Part shown: positions 1-10,122 of the stretch, piece after piece
Numbering within the stretch: the stretch's first letter is position 1
Layout: every line of letters begins with the position of its first letter
Assembly: GCA_043799405.1 (NCBI GenBank)
Contig: JAZDNT010000002.1
Span: 107,320-171,319 of the forward strand
Reading direction: 5' to 3'
DNA from: Candidatus Kerfeldbacteria bacterium
GTDB taxonomy: Bacteria > Patescibacteriota > Patescibacteriia > SBBC01
Length of the DNA: 64,000 nt
The notes under the pieces: generated by a model
The model's database searches: none
What the model was told of the DNA's origin: nothing
What the model saw: only the letters and a program-made list of their open reading frames with translations
Translations under genes and position numbers: made by a program

Positions 1-41
1 GCCTAGTCGTCGTGCGTCGGGCCATGACCATTCCTCGTCGC

Positions 42-767
42 CTAGAGGAGTTTCGAGAACACGGGTCTCTGTTCGTTCGCCGTCAGCGCCCGGAGCCCTT
101 TGGCCGTCAAGAGCGCGTCGGCTGCTTCCCGCACCGCTGCGTCCGCCGTGCTCCTGAACATCATGGCCGTGTCGAGCTTCCAGTAGGTCTCAGGGGCGAA
201 GAATCGCTCGTAGACCCAGCCGAGGATCGGCACTGCAAGGATCGCTTCTTCGGGATCGTCCCACCCTCCGCGGGACAGCACGGTCAGGAGCCAACTTGCC
301 AGGATGAAAGCCAGGAGAACCTCGATGACCAAGGACACGATCGGGAAATAGCTACTGTTCGTGATGCTCCATAGGAGGGACATCTGCCGCTGATGACCGA
401 GCAGCGCCCACACCATCCTCTCAAGGACCAACTCCAGCGCGTACCACAGCGCGAGGAATCCAACGAGGAACAGCGGCACCCAGCGCGCCGGCCGCTTGAC
501 GAGCCACCACGAGAAGAAGAAGCCGGTGCCGAAGGGCGCGGCGCACACGTCGAACGTGAACCGTCCGCGGGAGATGCGGAGGTATTCCCGCTTCGCGGAG
601 GCGACGCCGCCCTCACTCCAGTCGATGCGTGATGTCGCGTAGCCGGGGATCTTGCGGCGTTTGAGGCCGGCTTCCACCGAGTCGTAGAAGTCCCTTGTCG
701 AGGTCTGGAAGTCCTCGACCAGATTCTGCCAGCTGTCCAGGACGTCCTTCAGAGCGAGTCGCGGCAT
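42..767 (-). CDS. hypothetical multi-pass membrane protein
   Basis: ORF 42..827. The ATG at 767 is preceded by a GAGGGA Shine-Dalgarno (SD) sequence. Several hydrophobic helices (FFFSWWLV, VPLFLVGFLALWYALELV, IVSLVIEVLLAFILASWLL). No family recognised. Confidence 0.5.
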   Translation of the reverse strand: MPRLALKDVLDSWQNLVEDFQTSTRDFYDSVEAGLKRRKIPGYATSRIDWSEGGVASAKREYLRISRGRFTFDVCAAPFGTGFFFSWWLVKRPARWVPLFLVGFLALWYALELVLERMVWALLGHQRQMSLLWSITNSSYFPIVSLVIEVLLAFILASWLLTVLSRGGWDDPEEAILAVPILGWVYERFFAPETYWKLDTAMMFRSTADAAVREAADALLTAKGLRALTANEQRPVFSKLL

Positions 768-980
768 GATTCCCTCGTGCTGGCGGCCCCCTGCCCGAGC
801 AGCCACCGCCAAAGAGCAGCTCCCCATTGAAGCCGAGCCATTCCTTCCCTCCCTATCGCATCGTTGTCGATTAGAGGTCGTCAGCGAACGCTCAATGCAG
901 CATCGACTGGAAGGGCCCCAATCGTTCTCTTCTTACCCAGCGTCTTAAGCAATGTGCCGCCGCTTACGAGCGCCTCTGGG

Positions 981-3080
981 TTAGGAGAAACGGGCGACCC
1001 TCGCGGCAAGTAAGGCTGCCGTTGCCCGTTCTGCTTCTCGGATATCCGTCAGCGCCAGTTCGATCAACTCACAGTCACGAACAAAGGACATCTGTTCGTC
1101 CACCGTCATCTCCGGAATCTCGATACCGAGAAAATCCTCGATTGACAAACGATTTCGGCTCGTACTGGTAGTGCCCGTCGATAACCGCTCGGCCGTCGCC
1201 CAAGTGGCCGGTGATTTCAGAAAGTACTTAATGTACGGCCCATATGCGGGCGCTCCATCCTTCAGACGAAACAGAGGAAACTCATTGCTCACGTAACAAC
1301 CGTCTAGTTCCGCAGGTACCACGCCAAACGACCCCTTCCAAGCGAAAAGGCGATTATAGATTATGTCCTCGGGCTGCACCTTGAAGACGTACTTCGCCTT
1401 AATCTCAGCGCCCAGAAGCTCCTCACGCAGGAACGGCCCCTCCCCGTACCACTTCACACCCAGAAGCCGGTAGCGCTCTTTCCGTTGAACGGCGAAGCGT
1501 CGTTCCTCTCGGGCAATCCAGTCACCCAAAGGCACTGCCCTCTTGAATGTCTTTTGGCTGCCAAACGCCACGGCGCTGAGGTGCGATGACGCTGTCGTGA
1601 GCCTCCCCACGGCAGTGTTGAGCATCTCGTGGGTCTTGTCGGCAGTCTTCGATGTCACCGCCGGCGCGCGGCTAGCAAGATACTTCCCTATCCGCAAGTC
1701 GACTTTGCCCTCTTCAGCGTCGTCGACTTCGACCACAACCGATTGCGCCGACTTCCCGCGTCCGCCAAACGTTGAAAGGACAGCGGGGATGTCGTTTGCC
1801 TCAATCGGGACGCGTCGGTCGTCTAAGCTGTACCCATCCGCCTGCAGATCAAAGAACCACACCTTCCGCGTCGGCGCACCCTTCTGGAACACGAGAATGC
1901 TCGTCTTCGCACGGGCATACGGGAGAAACACACCGGCGGGGAGCGAGATCACCGCCTCAAGCGCGCACTCGCTCAACAGGGATGCTCTTAGCCGTTGGTT
2001 CGCGCGCTGATTTCCGGTAATTACACCATCAGGAACTATGATGCCGGCTCTTCCCTCATCGCTGAGATGGTCGACGATCCACTTGACGAACAAGAGTTCC
2101 GTGTCTCGGGTCGGGAGGTCGATGTCGGCTAGGACGCTCTCCTTCTGGAGACTGCCTGCGAAGGGTGGATTAGCCAGGATGACGTCGTAGAGTTGTCCCG
2201 GGTACTGCCCCCCGTGGGTGGTGGTCAGTGGGTTGTGGTGCTCGATCCGGGCCCGCTCGAGCTGGTGGAGGTAGAGGTTGAGGACGGCAATCTTCACCAT
2301 GTTGGCGTCGTTGTCGAAGCCGGTGAAAGCGTGCTGCTCGAGGAACTCCCACTGCTTCGGCTTAAGCAGGCTCCCATCAACGGTGCCGCGCTTGAGGTCG
2401 GCCGGCTTCGTGTGCTTACGCAAGATGTGGGTGTAGGCCGCGATCAGGAAGCCAGCCGTGCCACAGGCCGGGTCACAGATCCGCTGACCTGGCTGCGGGT
2501 CAACGAGAGTGACGATCAGGTTGATGATGTGCCGCGGGGTTCGGAACTGGCCATTCGTGCCGGACTGAGAGAGCTTGCTGAGCAGGTACTCGTACATGTC
2601 CCCCTTGAGATCGTGGCCTTCGTGGGGGGCAAGGTCCATCTCCGCGATCCCCTGGACGACGGCCCGAAGCGTGGGGCGGTCGTAGATCTTGAGCGTGGCG
2701 TTGCGGAACAGTTCCTGACCGGTCCGCGTCAGGCTTGGCAGCTCGTGGAGTCTTTCGATCGCTCCCCGGAGTGCATCAAAGAGCTCGTTGCCGGTGAGGG
2801 GAACGAAGCTGCCCCAGGCGTACTGCGCCCACGCACCCGAGAAAACACGCTTGTAGCCTTTCTCGATGACGGCCAACTGCTCATCTCGCTCTGAAAGGAG
2901 TCGCAGGAAGACGAGATACGACAGCTGCTCGATGGCGTCCATCGGGTTGTTGACGCCACCGGCGTAGAGGACGTCCATCAACTGGTCGACACTCTGCCGC
3001 AGCCCGGACGAGAAGAAGTTTGAGCCGTTGCTCTGGCTCAGCTTCGTCACGGAATCGCTCTGGGTCTTGGGGGCGCGCAT
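981..3080 (-). CDS. hsdM: Type I restriction-modification N6-adenine DNA methyltransferase fused to a single target-recognition (HsdS-like) domain
   Basis: 699 aa. HsdM-like N-terminus, SAM-binding DPACGTAGFL and catalytic NPPF (ILANPPFAGS). The C-terminal ~200 aa resemble one HsdS target-recognition domain (VSNEFPLFRL). AAGGA SD; start lies 7 nt after the hsdR stop. Confidence 0.85.
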   Translation of the reverse strand: MRAPKTQSDSVTKLSQSNGSNFFSSGLRQSVDQLMDVLYAGGVNNPMDAIEQLSYLVFLRLLSERDEQLAVIEKGYKRVFSGAWAQYAWGSFVPLTGNELFDALRGAIERLHELPSLTRTGQELFRNATLKIYDRPTLRAVVQGIAEMDLAPHEGHDLKGDMYEYLLSKLSQSGTNGQFRTPRHIINLIVTLVDPQPGQRICDPACGTAGFLIAAYTHILRKHTKPADLKRGTVDGSLLKPKQWEFLEQHAFTGFDNDANMVKIAVLNLYLHQLERARIEHHNPLTTTHGGQYPGQLYDVILANPPFAGSLQKESVLADIDLPTRDTELLFVKWIVDHLSDEGRAGIIVPDGVITGNQRANQRLRASLLSECALEAVISLPAGVFLPYARAKTSILVFQKGAPTRKVWFFDLQADGYSLDDRRVPIEANDIPAVLSTFGGRGKSAQSVVVEVDDAEEGKVDLRIGKYLASRAPAVTSKTADKTHEMLNTAVGRLTTASSHLSAVAFGSQKTFKRAVPLGDWIAREERRFAVQRKERYRLLGVKWYGEGPFLREELLGAEIKAKYVFKVQPEDIIYNRLFAWKGSFGVVPAELDGCYVSNEFPLFRLKDGAPAYGPYIKYFLKSPATWATAERLSTGTTSTSRNRLSIEDFLGIEIPEMTVDEQMSFVRDCELIELALTDIREAERATAALLAARVARFS

Positions 3081-3087
3081 GATGTCC

Positions 3088-5499
3088 TTAGGATGCTGCC
3101 TTTAGGGCTTCGCGTGATCGTTGCACGAGGGCAGACTGCCGCAGGGCTTCGAAGACCAACTCGCGGTCCTGGAGGGCCGCCAGCGCGGCTATTCCGCCAA
3201 GCGTGCGGAACTGGCTCCGCGCGAACAGACGACTGTACTGCCCACCAAGAAAGTCTTCCATCGCCTCTTGATCTTCGCTCACAAGCTCCGCCACGGCGTT
3301 GAGCCACTTCTGATCGCCATAGCGAAGGTTGAATCGCGCGGCGATCGAGTCCACAGTATCCGCGACGATTGCGTCCTTCGTCGGAAGCGGGCGTTTACCT
3401 AGAGCGCTGTAGACGAAGGCGGGCGTTGAGGCCGGCACGCCGTAGGACACCACCAGCTTGCCCGCGGCATAGAACATCTCCGGGTGGTGGAAGAAGCGCT
3501 CCTGGAGAATCGTCTCGATGGCATCATCGTCTTCGGCATCGACAGCATCCTTCAAGTCGGTGTTCGCTGCGGTGAACGCCTTGACGTCCCGTTCGAACGA
3601 GCCCCGGAAGGTCATCACGTCCACCTTCTCGCCATTCGGCCCGACGATACGGACTTCTTGGCTCACGATGCGGTCGGTGCCTTCCCACACCGGGATCTCG
3701 CGCTGTCGAGTGTCGTCGGGCCCGGGAGGCGTAATCCCTGCCTCGGCGCCCCCAGGAGCGCCTCGTGTACCTCCCTTGTCGTCCGCCTCCTCGGGTTGCC
3801 GCTTCGGTTGGGGAAGGGCGAGGGCCGCCGTGTAGTCGTACTTCTCCTCGAAGTACTCGGCGACTGCGCAGAAATCAAGGAGGAAGAACGTCTTCTTCTC
3901 GTACTCCGTGTTCTTGACGACGAACGTGAACCGGCGCGTTCCGCGTCCTTTGATCTGGATGTATTCCGTCGGGGAGAACACGGGGCGCATGAGGACAACG
4001 TTGAGCAGGTCGCGGCAGTTATAACCCGTCGAGAGCATGTCCACGGAGACTGCCACCCGCTCCTTGCGCTTACCGTCACGGAACTCCTTGGCCAGCGACG
4101 ACGCCTCAGGGATCCTCGAGGTGATCGTCAGCGCGATGCCTGGTTGGATCTCGTTCAGCAACTTCGTCAGAGTCGTGGCGTGTGTCTGGTTGACCGCGAA
4201 GACGAGGGACTTGCCGATCGCGCCCGTCGGGTCGCGCTGCGCCTCCTGGAGAAACGCCTCGCACATGATCCGGTTCCGCTGCGGCGTGAAGATCTTGCGC
4301 TCGAGGTCCTGGATCTTGAAGTTCTCTTCCTGCTCGTTCACGACCACGCTCCAGCCGGCATCTTGGAGAGCCTGGGTCGTGATGTCCGAGCGGCAGTCGA
4401 TGATCTTCGGCAAGCAAAGGAAGGGTCCCTCTGGGTCCTTCACGGCGTCGATTATGTCGTAGCGGAACGTAGGCTCGCCGGGCTCGCACCCGAAGTAGTG
4501 GTAGGTGTCCCGGAGCTCACGAGCTTCGAGCACTTTCGGCTCTTCCGCGGCGAGCTGTTCGAGGTTGACGTTCTTCAGGTACGCCTTGGGCGTGGCGGTC
4601 AGGCCGATACGAGTGGCTTGGAAGAACTGCACCGCTTCCCGGGCGTCGCCGTAGATCGACCGATGTGCTTCGTCGTTGATCACGAGGTCGAAGTAGAAGG
4701 GCGTGAACTCCTCGCGGTATCGCCTGTCGGTCATGAGCGACTGGATCGTCGCCACCACTACCGAGGACCCGAGCAGCTCACCCGTCCGCCGGGCCGTCTT
4801 GTAGATGACCGGCTTGTACTCGCCAAGGACGATGTTGAAGTCCTCCATGGTCTGCTTTGCAAGCTCGATACGGTCCACGATGAACAAGACCCGTTCGGCG
4901 TTGCGGGTCTTGAGAAAGCGCCGAATGAGTGCAGCGCACAGAAGGGTCTTGCCGGTCCCGGTCGCCATCTCCAACAGGAACTTTCGCCGACCCGTGTCGT
5001 CAAAGCCTTTGGCGATCGCGTCCATTGCACGGATCTGGTAGCCGCGGAGGGTCAGATCGTGGCGGAGGCTCCGGAGGTAGTCCGGGTGCACGATCTCGGT
5101 CTGAAGCGGTCGCGGAGGCCGGAGATTCTTCAGACGCACCCGCTCGAGGTCGTCGCGGCTCGGCAGCCGTTCGATGCGATAGGCGTCGCGCTGGTCAGCC
5201 CGCTCGTAGTTCCAGAACCAGTGCTGGCGGCCATTGGAGAGAATGACGAAGGGCGCCTTCAAGTTCTCCGCGTAGCCGCGGGCTTGTTCCTTCGCGTCGT
5301 AGGGGTCGAGGTCTTCGCGCTTCGCCTCAAGGACGCAAAGCACGCGTCCAAGGGTATCCTTGAGCAGGTAATCCGCCCGACCGTTCGCTGTGTGATGCTC
5401 AAAGTGGACCTGCTGCGGGTCCAGCAAATCCCAGCCACCCGCCTCGAGCGCTTTGTCGATCAGAATCCGAGAGAATGCTTCAGGTTGGTGCATCGGCAT
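3088..5499 (-). CDS. hsdR: Type I restriction enzyme R subunit-like helicase-nuclease
   Basis: N-terminal PD-(D/E)xK-like motif (ADYLLKD...VLEAKRED). SF2 helicase motifs MATGTGKT, DEAH (VINDEAHRS), GLTATP, QIKGRGTR. Start at MPMHQPEAF chosen by typical HsdR N-terminus plus GAGG SD; the ORF extends to 5568. Confidence 0.8.
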   Translation of the reverse strand: MPMHQPEAFSRILIDKALEAGGWDLLDPQQVHFEHHTANGRADYLLKDTLGRVLCVLEAKREDLDPYDAKEQARGYAENLKAPFVILSNGRQHWFWNYERADQRDAYRIERLPSRDDLERVRLKNLRPPRPLQTEIVHPDYLRSLRHDLTLRGYQIRAMDAIAKGFDDTGRRKFLLEMATGTGKTLLCAALIRRFLKTRNAERVLFIVDRIELAKQTMEDFNIVLGEYKPVIYKTARRTGELLGSSVVVATIQSLMTDRRYREEFTPFYFDLVINDEAHRSIYGDAREAVQFFQATRIGLTATPKAYLKNVNLEQLAAEEPKVLEARELRDTYHYFGCEPGEPTFRYDIIDAVKDPEGPFLCLPKIIDCRSDITTQALQDAGWSVVVNEQEENFKIQDLERKIFTPQRNRIMCEAFLQEAQRDPTGAIGKSLVFAVNQTHATTLTKLLNEIQPGIALTITSRIPEASSLAKEFRDGKRKERVAVSVDMLSTGYNCRDLLNVVLMRPVFSPTEYIQIKGRGTRRFTFVVKNTEYEKKTFFLLDFCAVAEYFEEKYDYTAALALPQPKRQPEEADDKGGTRGAPGGAEAGITPPGPDDTRQREIPVWEGTDRIVSQEVRIVGPNGEKVDVMTFRGSFERDVKAFTAANTDLKDAVDAEDDDAIETILQERFFHHPEMFYAAGKLVVSYGVPASTPAFVYSALGKRPLPTKDAIVADTVDSIAARFNLRYGDQKWLNAVAELVSEDQEAMEDFLGGQYSRLFARSQFRTLGGIAALAALQDRELVFEALRQSALVQRSREALKAAS

Positions 5500-5673
5500 T
5501 GAGTAAGCCTCATGGTCCCGCAGGCTGCGACACAGGGGTGAGAACGGCACTAGTCGCTTGATAGCCAATGCGTTACGGCGTAGTGAGCATACTGAGACTG
5601 AATCTGTTCGTCAATCTCTTCGGCGTACAAGAAAGGACGGGGCCGTCGAAACGCCAACAGCCCCGTAACTACG

Positions 5674-6135
5674 TCAGTTGAGGGACAACTCCCTCCGAAA
5701 GAGCGATGCGAGTCTGAGACTCCCTTCCATCTGCAACCGCGGGCAGGCGTCCTTCTCCACCTCGGTGAAGGCGTTGAAGAGCGACCAGGCCGTGCGCGCC
5801 GCGAACTCCTCGTGCCGTGGCTCCTCCCACGCCTCGATCACCTTGGGAAGTCGCGACGCTGGGAGGACGTTCGCTTTGACCGCCTCAATCATCAGGTGGT
5901 GGGCCTGTGCTGACGGCAGCTCGCGCACCTTCATGGCCGCGATCTCTCCGTCGATCCGCGAGCGCATGGACGAGACCTGGGAGAGCATCCGGAAGATCAG
6001 GTCCGGCAGATCACGGAACACATGGACGGTGTGCTTGCGGTGCATGGTCACCTCACCCGAGAAGGCGAGGTTGTCGCACACGAAGGTTCTTGAGCCCGAG
6101 CACATCGAGACGGACAGGGAGCGATCGTAGGAGGA
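5674..6135 (-). pseudogene. DUF932-family protein, C-terminal fragment, severed from its N-terminus by the RIT insertion
   Basis: The frame reads ...SSYDRSLSVSMCSGSRTFVCDNLAFSGE..., the conserved DUF932 core, with no native start. The matching N-terminal half is at 12617..12889 on the same strand. Confidence 0.75.
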
Positions 6136-6315
6136 GCGCTTATGCCGTGCACGGCATAAGTCGTCCTATGCCGAGTCGATCCTTATGCAGAGTTGACGGG
6201 CTTCTGCCGTGGGAGCCGTGCACCCGCTGACGCCGTTGCTCCGCATAACCGTACCCTCCTCTCCCGCGCCCGCCGTCATACCGACGACAGGCAGCCCGGG
6301 GGAGGAGGTTTCTTC

Positions 6316-7563
6316 ATGCGACTGCAGGACGGTGACCGTCTCGTGCTCGAGTACGGCGGTCGAGCAGGGTGCGCCCAAGCGCATCTCGACGACTTCGCAA
6401 GCGAGCTCTGGGTGTCGGGCTTCACACCGCTCACCATCATTCAGCACACCGTGTCGGTCTGTCACTTCGGACGTTGGCTGCTCAGCCGTGGGCTCGAACT
6501 CGGCGGCGTCACTCAGGACGTATTGGACCAGTTCGCGGCCCACTTCCATCGCTGCCGATGCTCAGTCCACCATCGGCGTTCCTTCCCGCGCACTGTGGGG
6601 CATGTCAGACGGTTCGTGACCTACTTGCGCGGGAAAGGCATCGTGCCCCACCCACTCGTCGCGCCACCGCCTGCGCCACCCGAGGCGCTTCGAGGCTTTC
6701 GGGAGTGGATGCAGCAGCATCGTGGCGCGACCGCCGGCACGACGGTGCGGTTCGAGAAGCTGCTGCTGGGGATCCTGCCCCAGCTCGGCCCCGATCCCAG
6801 GATGTACGAGCCCGCTCGCCTGCGCAGCGTGATCCTGGACGAGGGTCGTCGTCGTGGCCGGCACCATGCCCGCTTCCTCGTGACCGCGTTGCGCGCCTGG
6901 CTGCGCTTCCTCACCACTGAAGGACGATGCCCAGTGCACCTCGACCAGGCGTTGCCAACGATCGTGAAGTGGCATCTGGCGAACGTGCCCCAGCATCTCG
7001 AACTCGACGAGATCGAGCGGGTGATTGCCTCTTGCGACGCGAAGACGCCCGTGGGCGTGCGCGATCGGGCGATCCTGCTGCTGCTCGCCCGCCTCGGCCT
7101 GCGTGCTTCCGACATCACCGGGATGCGACCGGGTGACATCGACTGGCAGCAGGGTTCCTTGCGCGTCCGCGGCAAAGGCCGTCGCGAGGTCTGCCTGCCG
7201 CTGCCACAGGACGCGGGCGAGGCGCTGCTCGAGTACCTGCGCCACGCGCGACCGCTGGCCGATATCGACCGGGTGTTTCTGTGCGTGCAGGCACCCTATC
7301 GGCCCTTCGCGACGTCGATGGTCGTTGCGGACGTCGTCCGCTTCGCGCTTCGCCGGGCGGGCATCACGCGTGTGCGCTCGCAAGGTGCGCACCTCCTTCG
7401 ACACTCCGCGGCCACCTCGATGCTCAGGGCAGGGGCGTCGCTCGAAGCGATCGCGGCGGTCCTGAGGCACCGTTCACCCGAGACCACCGTCCAGTACGCC
7501 AAGGTGGACCAGGCACTCCTGCTCGCGATTGCCCAGCCCTGGCCGGAGGGAGCACCATGCTGA
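6316..7563 (+). CDS. tyrosine recombinase, RIT gene 1
   Basis: GGAGGAGG SD upstream of ATG 6316. Catalytic-type motifs GLRASD, HLLRHSAAT, ...TTVQYA. N-terminal SAM-like domain. Confidence 0.85.
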   Translation: MRLQDGDRLVLEYGGRAGCAQAHLDDFASELWVSGFTPLTIIQHTVSVCHFGRWLLSRGLELGGVTQDVLDQFAAHFHRCRCSVHHRRSFPRTVGHVRRFVTYLRGKGIVPHPLVAPPPAPPEALRGFREWMQQHRGATAGTTVRFEKLLLGILPQLGPDPRMYEPARLRSVILDEGRRRGRHHARFLVTALRAWLRFLTTEGRCPVHLDQALPTIVKWHLANVPQHLELDEIERVIASCDAKTPVGVRDRAILLLLARLGLRASDITGMRPGDIDWQQGSLRVRGKGRREVCLPLPQDAGEALLEYLRHARPLADIDRVFLCVQAPYRPFATSMVVADVVRFALRRAGITRVRSQGAHLLRHSAATSMLRAGASLEAIAAVLRHRSPETTVQYAKVDQALLLAIAQPWPEGAPC

Positions 7564-8471
7564 GAGACGACATCGAACGCTACGTCGCGCTCTATCGTGC
7601 GACCGGTCTCAAGTTCAACAAGCAGGCCAACGACCTCCGCCGGTTCGCCGCGTTCGCTGCCACGCGCGACGAAGAGGTCGTCCGGATAGGCACCGCCCTC
7701 GACTGGGCCGCGCAGGCCCCGTCGCGGGCTCAGCGGGTGTGGCTGCTCGGCGTCCTCCGGCGCTTCGCGTCGACCATGAAGGCCGAAGAGCCCCAGCATG
7801 AGATCCCACCCGCGGCAGCCTTTGGGCGAGCGCGTCCACCACGGCGCAAGCCACACATCTTCACTAGCGAGGAGCTCCGCCAGTTGCTCACGGCTGCGGC
7901 CGCACTGCGCCCGGCCGGTTCGCTGCGGCCGTTGACGTACGCCACCCTGTTTGCCCTCCTGGCAGCCACGGGCTTGCGGATCGGCGAGGCCCTCGCCCTC
8001 AAGCTCGGCGATCTCACCCCGTCGGGGTTGCTGATCCGCGACGGCAAGTTCGGCAAGAGCCGCCTGGTTCCGCTCCATGAGAGCGTTCGCGACGGCCTGC
8101 GGCGCTACGTGGCCCAGCGCACGCGCCGGGAGTGCGGCCACGAGTCCTTCTTCGCGTCCTACTTCGGTACGCCGCTGAGCTATCCGACGGTCGTCTGGGT
8201 GTTCCTCCACCTCGTGCGGTCCCTCGGTCTACACCCCGGACCCGGATGTCCCGGTCCGCGGATTCACGACCTTCGCCACACCTTCGTGGTCCGCTCCCTT
8301 GAGCAGTGCGCGGCGGGACGGGCTGCGGTCGAGCGGCACATGCTGGCCCTGAGCACCTACATCGGCCACGCCCACGTCGAGGACACGTACTGGTATCTCG
8401 AGGCGACGCCGGTGCTGCTCGCCGACATCGCGACCGCGGGCGAGGCCCTGCACGTCGGAGGTACACCATGA
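7557..8471 (+). CDS. tyrosine recombinase, RIT gene 2
   Basis: ATG 7557 overlaps the upstream stop (ATGCTGA). GGAGGGAG SD. Motifs GLRIGEAL, HDLRHTF, GHAHVEDTYWYL. Confidence 0.85.
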   Translation: MLRDDIERYVALYRATGLKFNKQANDLRRFAAFAATRDEEVVRIGTALDWAAQAPSRAQRVWLLGVLRRFASTMKAEEPQHEIPPAAAFGRARPPRRKPHIFTSEELRQLLTAAAALRPAGSLRPLTYATLFALLAATGLRIGEALALKLGDLTPSGLLIRDGKFGKSRLVPLHESVRDGLRRYVAQRTRRECGHESFFASYFGTPLSYPTVVWVFLHLVRSLGLHPGPGCPGPRIHDLRHTFVVRSLEQCAAGRAAVERHMLALSTYIGHAHVEDTYWYLEATPVLLADIATAGEALHVGGTP

Positions 8472-9475
8472 CCGATCTGGCTCCGCACCTGAGCGCCTAC
8501 CTGCGCGAGCGTCTGCCGCTTGAACGCCAAGCGAGTCCGCACACCTGCGACACGTACGCCTACGCATTCCGACTGCTCGTCACCTTCGCTGCCCAGCGAC
8601 TTCACACTACGCCATCGGCCCTGGCGATCGAGCAACTCGACGCGCCGCTGATCCTCGCGTTCCTCGAACACCTAGAGACGGTGCGGCACAACCGCCCAAA
8701 GAGCCGCAACGCGCGGCTTGCGGCGATCAAGGCCTTCGCTCATTTCGTCGAGTACCGCGTGCCGTCCAGCCTCGAACAGGTCCGGCGGATCCTGGCCATC
8801 CCGTTCAAGAAGACCGACGAGCCGCTGGTGTGCTGTCTGGATCGCGCCGAAGTCCAGGCCCTGCTCGATGCGCCCGATCCGCGCACCCGCTGCGGCCTCC
8901 GCGATCGGGCCATGCTGCACCTTGCATTCGCCGCCGGACTGCGTGTCTCGGAGTTGGTCGGTTTGTCCGTGGACGATCTGGGCCTGCGGGCCGAGCCGTC
9001 GGTCCACGTCCTGGGCAAGGGTCGTCGGGAGCGCGTCCTGCCGCTGTGGAAGGAGACCGCACACGCGCTTCGTGCCTGGTATGCGGTGCGCGGCGCGGCC
9101 CTCTGCCCGGCGTTCTTCCTCAGCATGCGCAGCGTGCCGCTGACGCGCGCGGGATTCGAGTACATCCTCAAGCGTCACGTCACGGCCGCTGGCGCCAAGC
9201 AGCCGTCGTTGGCCGCTAAGCGGGTCTCCCCGCATGTGCTGCGCCACACCTGCGCCATGCACACGTTGCAAGCCACACACGACATCCGTAAGGTCGCGCT
9301 TTGGCTCGGCCATGCCAGCGTCCAGACGACTGAGATCTACCTGCGCGCAGACCCACATGAGAAGCTGGAGGCCATCGAGGCGATCGTTCCGCCTTCGTTG
9401 CGGCGCGGTCGTTTCAAGGCACCAGATCACCTCTTCGCGATGTTGCACACAAAGGCTTCTGTCCGTTCGCAGTAG
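8468..9475 (+). CDS. tyrosine recombinase, RIT gene 3 (XerC/D-like)
   Basis: ATGA overlap with gene 2. GGAGG SD. Motifs GLRVSELV, HVLRHTCA, LGHASVQTTEIYL. Confidence 0.85.
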   Translation: MTDLAPHLSAYLRERLPLERQASPHTCDTYAYAFRLLVTFAAQRLHTTPSALAIEQLDAPLILAFLEHLETVRHNRPKSRNARLAAIKAFAHFVEYRVPSSLEQVRRILAIPFKKTDEPLVCCLDRAEVQALLDAPDPRTRCGLRDRAMLHLAFAAGLRVSELVGLSVDDLGLRAEPSVHVLGKGRRERVLPLWKETAHALRAWYAVRGAALCPAFFLSMRSVPLTRAGFEYILKRHVTAAGAKQPSLAAKRVSPHVLRHTCAMHTLQATHDIRKVALWLGHASVQTTEIYLRADPHEKLEAIEAIVPPSLRRGRFKAPDHLFAMLHTKASVRSQ

Positions 9476-9492
9476 CAGAAGGGGCGCTTCAC

Positions 9493-9921
9493 ATGCTCAA
9501 GCGCCGCACTTCCGTCGCCGATCACGCTGGCATGTTCGTGCGATTCGTTTCGAGTGTTCCGGACCCAGAGAACTCGAACGAGCCGGCCGGCCTGTTGTTG
9601 GTGGCCTCCTGGATTCGTGACCGACAACAGGCGTCGGCCTCGGAGCTGGCCCAGCTTCAAGCGCTTCGCCAATGGTTCAACGACAACCTGGCCCGGCCAC
9701 GCAAGTTCAATCGATCTCGTCGGCCGCATCGTCGAGAGAAAGCAATCTCCTAGTTCAAGGATTCCGCGGTGGAACACCTTCGCCGGGCTCGAGTGATCGC
9801 TGCCATTGTGGGTGCGTGCGGGTACGTGATCCGCGAGGTGCGGACTCGAAGGCCCGGCTACGTGGTCTATGAGGACGAGTGGCAGGTGGTCGCAGAGCCG
9901 TTCGCGGAGACGGTGAGATAG
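9493..9921 (+). pseudogene. small conserved-looking ORF interrupted by an in-frame TAG
   Basis: The 86-codon ORF ends at TAG 9751-9753. The same frame continues for 55 more protein-like codons (FKDSAVEHLRRARVIAAIVGACGYVIREVRTRRPGYVVYEDEWQVVAEPFAETVR) to TAG 9919-9921. A Trp codon (TGG) is plausible at the interrupted position (AIS*FK). Confidence 0.5.
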
Positions 9922-9937
9922 GTCCAGCCTCTGAGTT

Positions 9938-10000
9938 CGCGACGTAGCGAAAGACGCACGCATCGTTATGGAAAGCGATGCGTGCGTTTGGTTCTAATGA
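9938..10000. repeat. about 60 bp repeat, copy 1, with a 12 bp perfect stem-loop
   Basis: cgaaagACGCACGCATCGttatggaaagCGATGCGTGCGTttggttcta. The second copy is at 12508-12568. Confidence 0.8.
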
Positions 10001-10122
10001 GCGGCGCCAACCCACGACCCGGTCAGCGTAACGAACGTCTGGGTGCTTTCTCCTTCCGCTGAACACGGTCGCGGCCCTCCGTCGAGCGGCGCGCAGCATG
10101 CGCGCGCGACGCCCGGCGCGAG

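Noticed and set aside
12-374. 120 aa plus-strand ORF at the window start.
   Set aside because: It is antisense to the membrane-protein gene 42..767 and has an Arg/Glu/Pro-rich translation.
3484-5502. 672 aa plus-strand ORF, and many similar long ORFs in the first 25 kb (for example 2193..2894, 6562..7470, 7296..8210, 8672..9448, 10174..10950, 13458..14426, 20674..21822, 22555..23244).
   Set aside because: They lie antisense or out of frame to genes with clear family motifs and have Arg/Gly/Pro/Ala-rich, low-information translations. These are typical shadow ORFs of GC-rich DNA.
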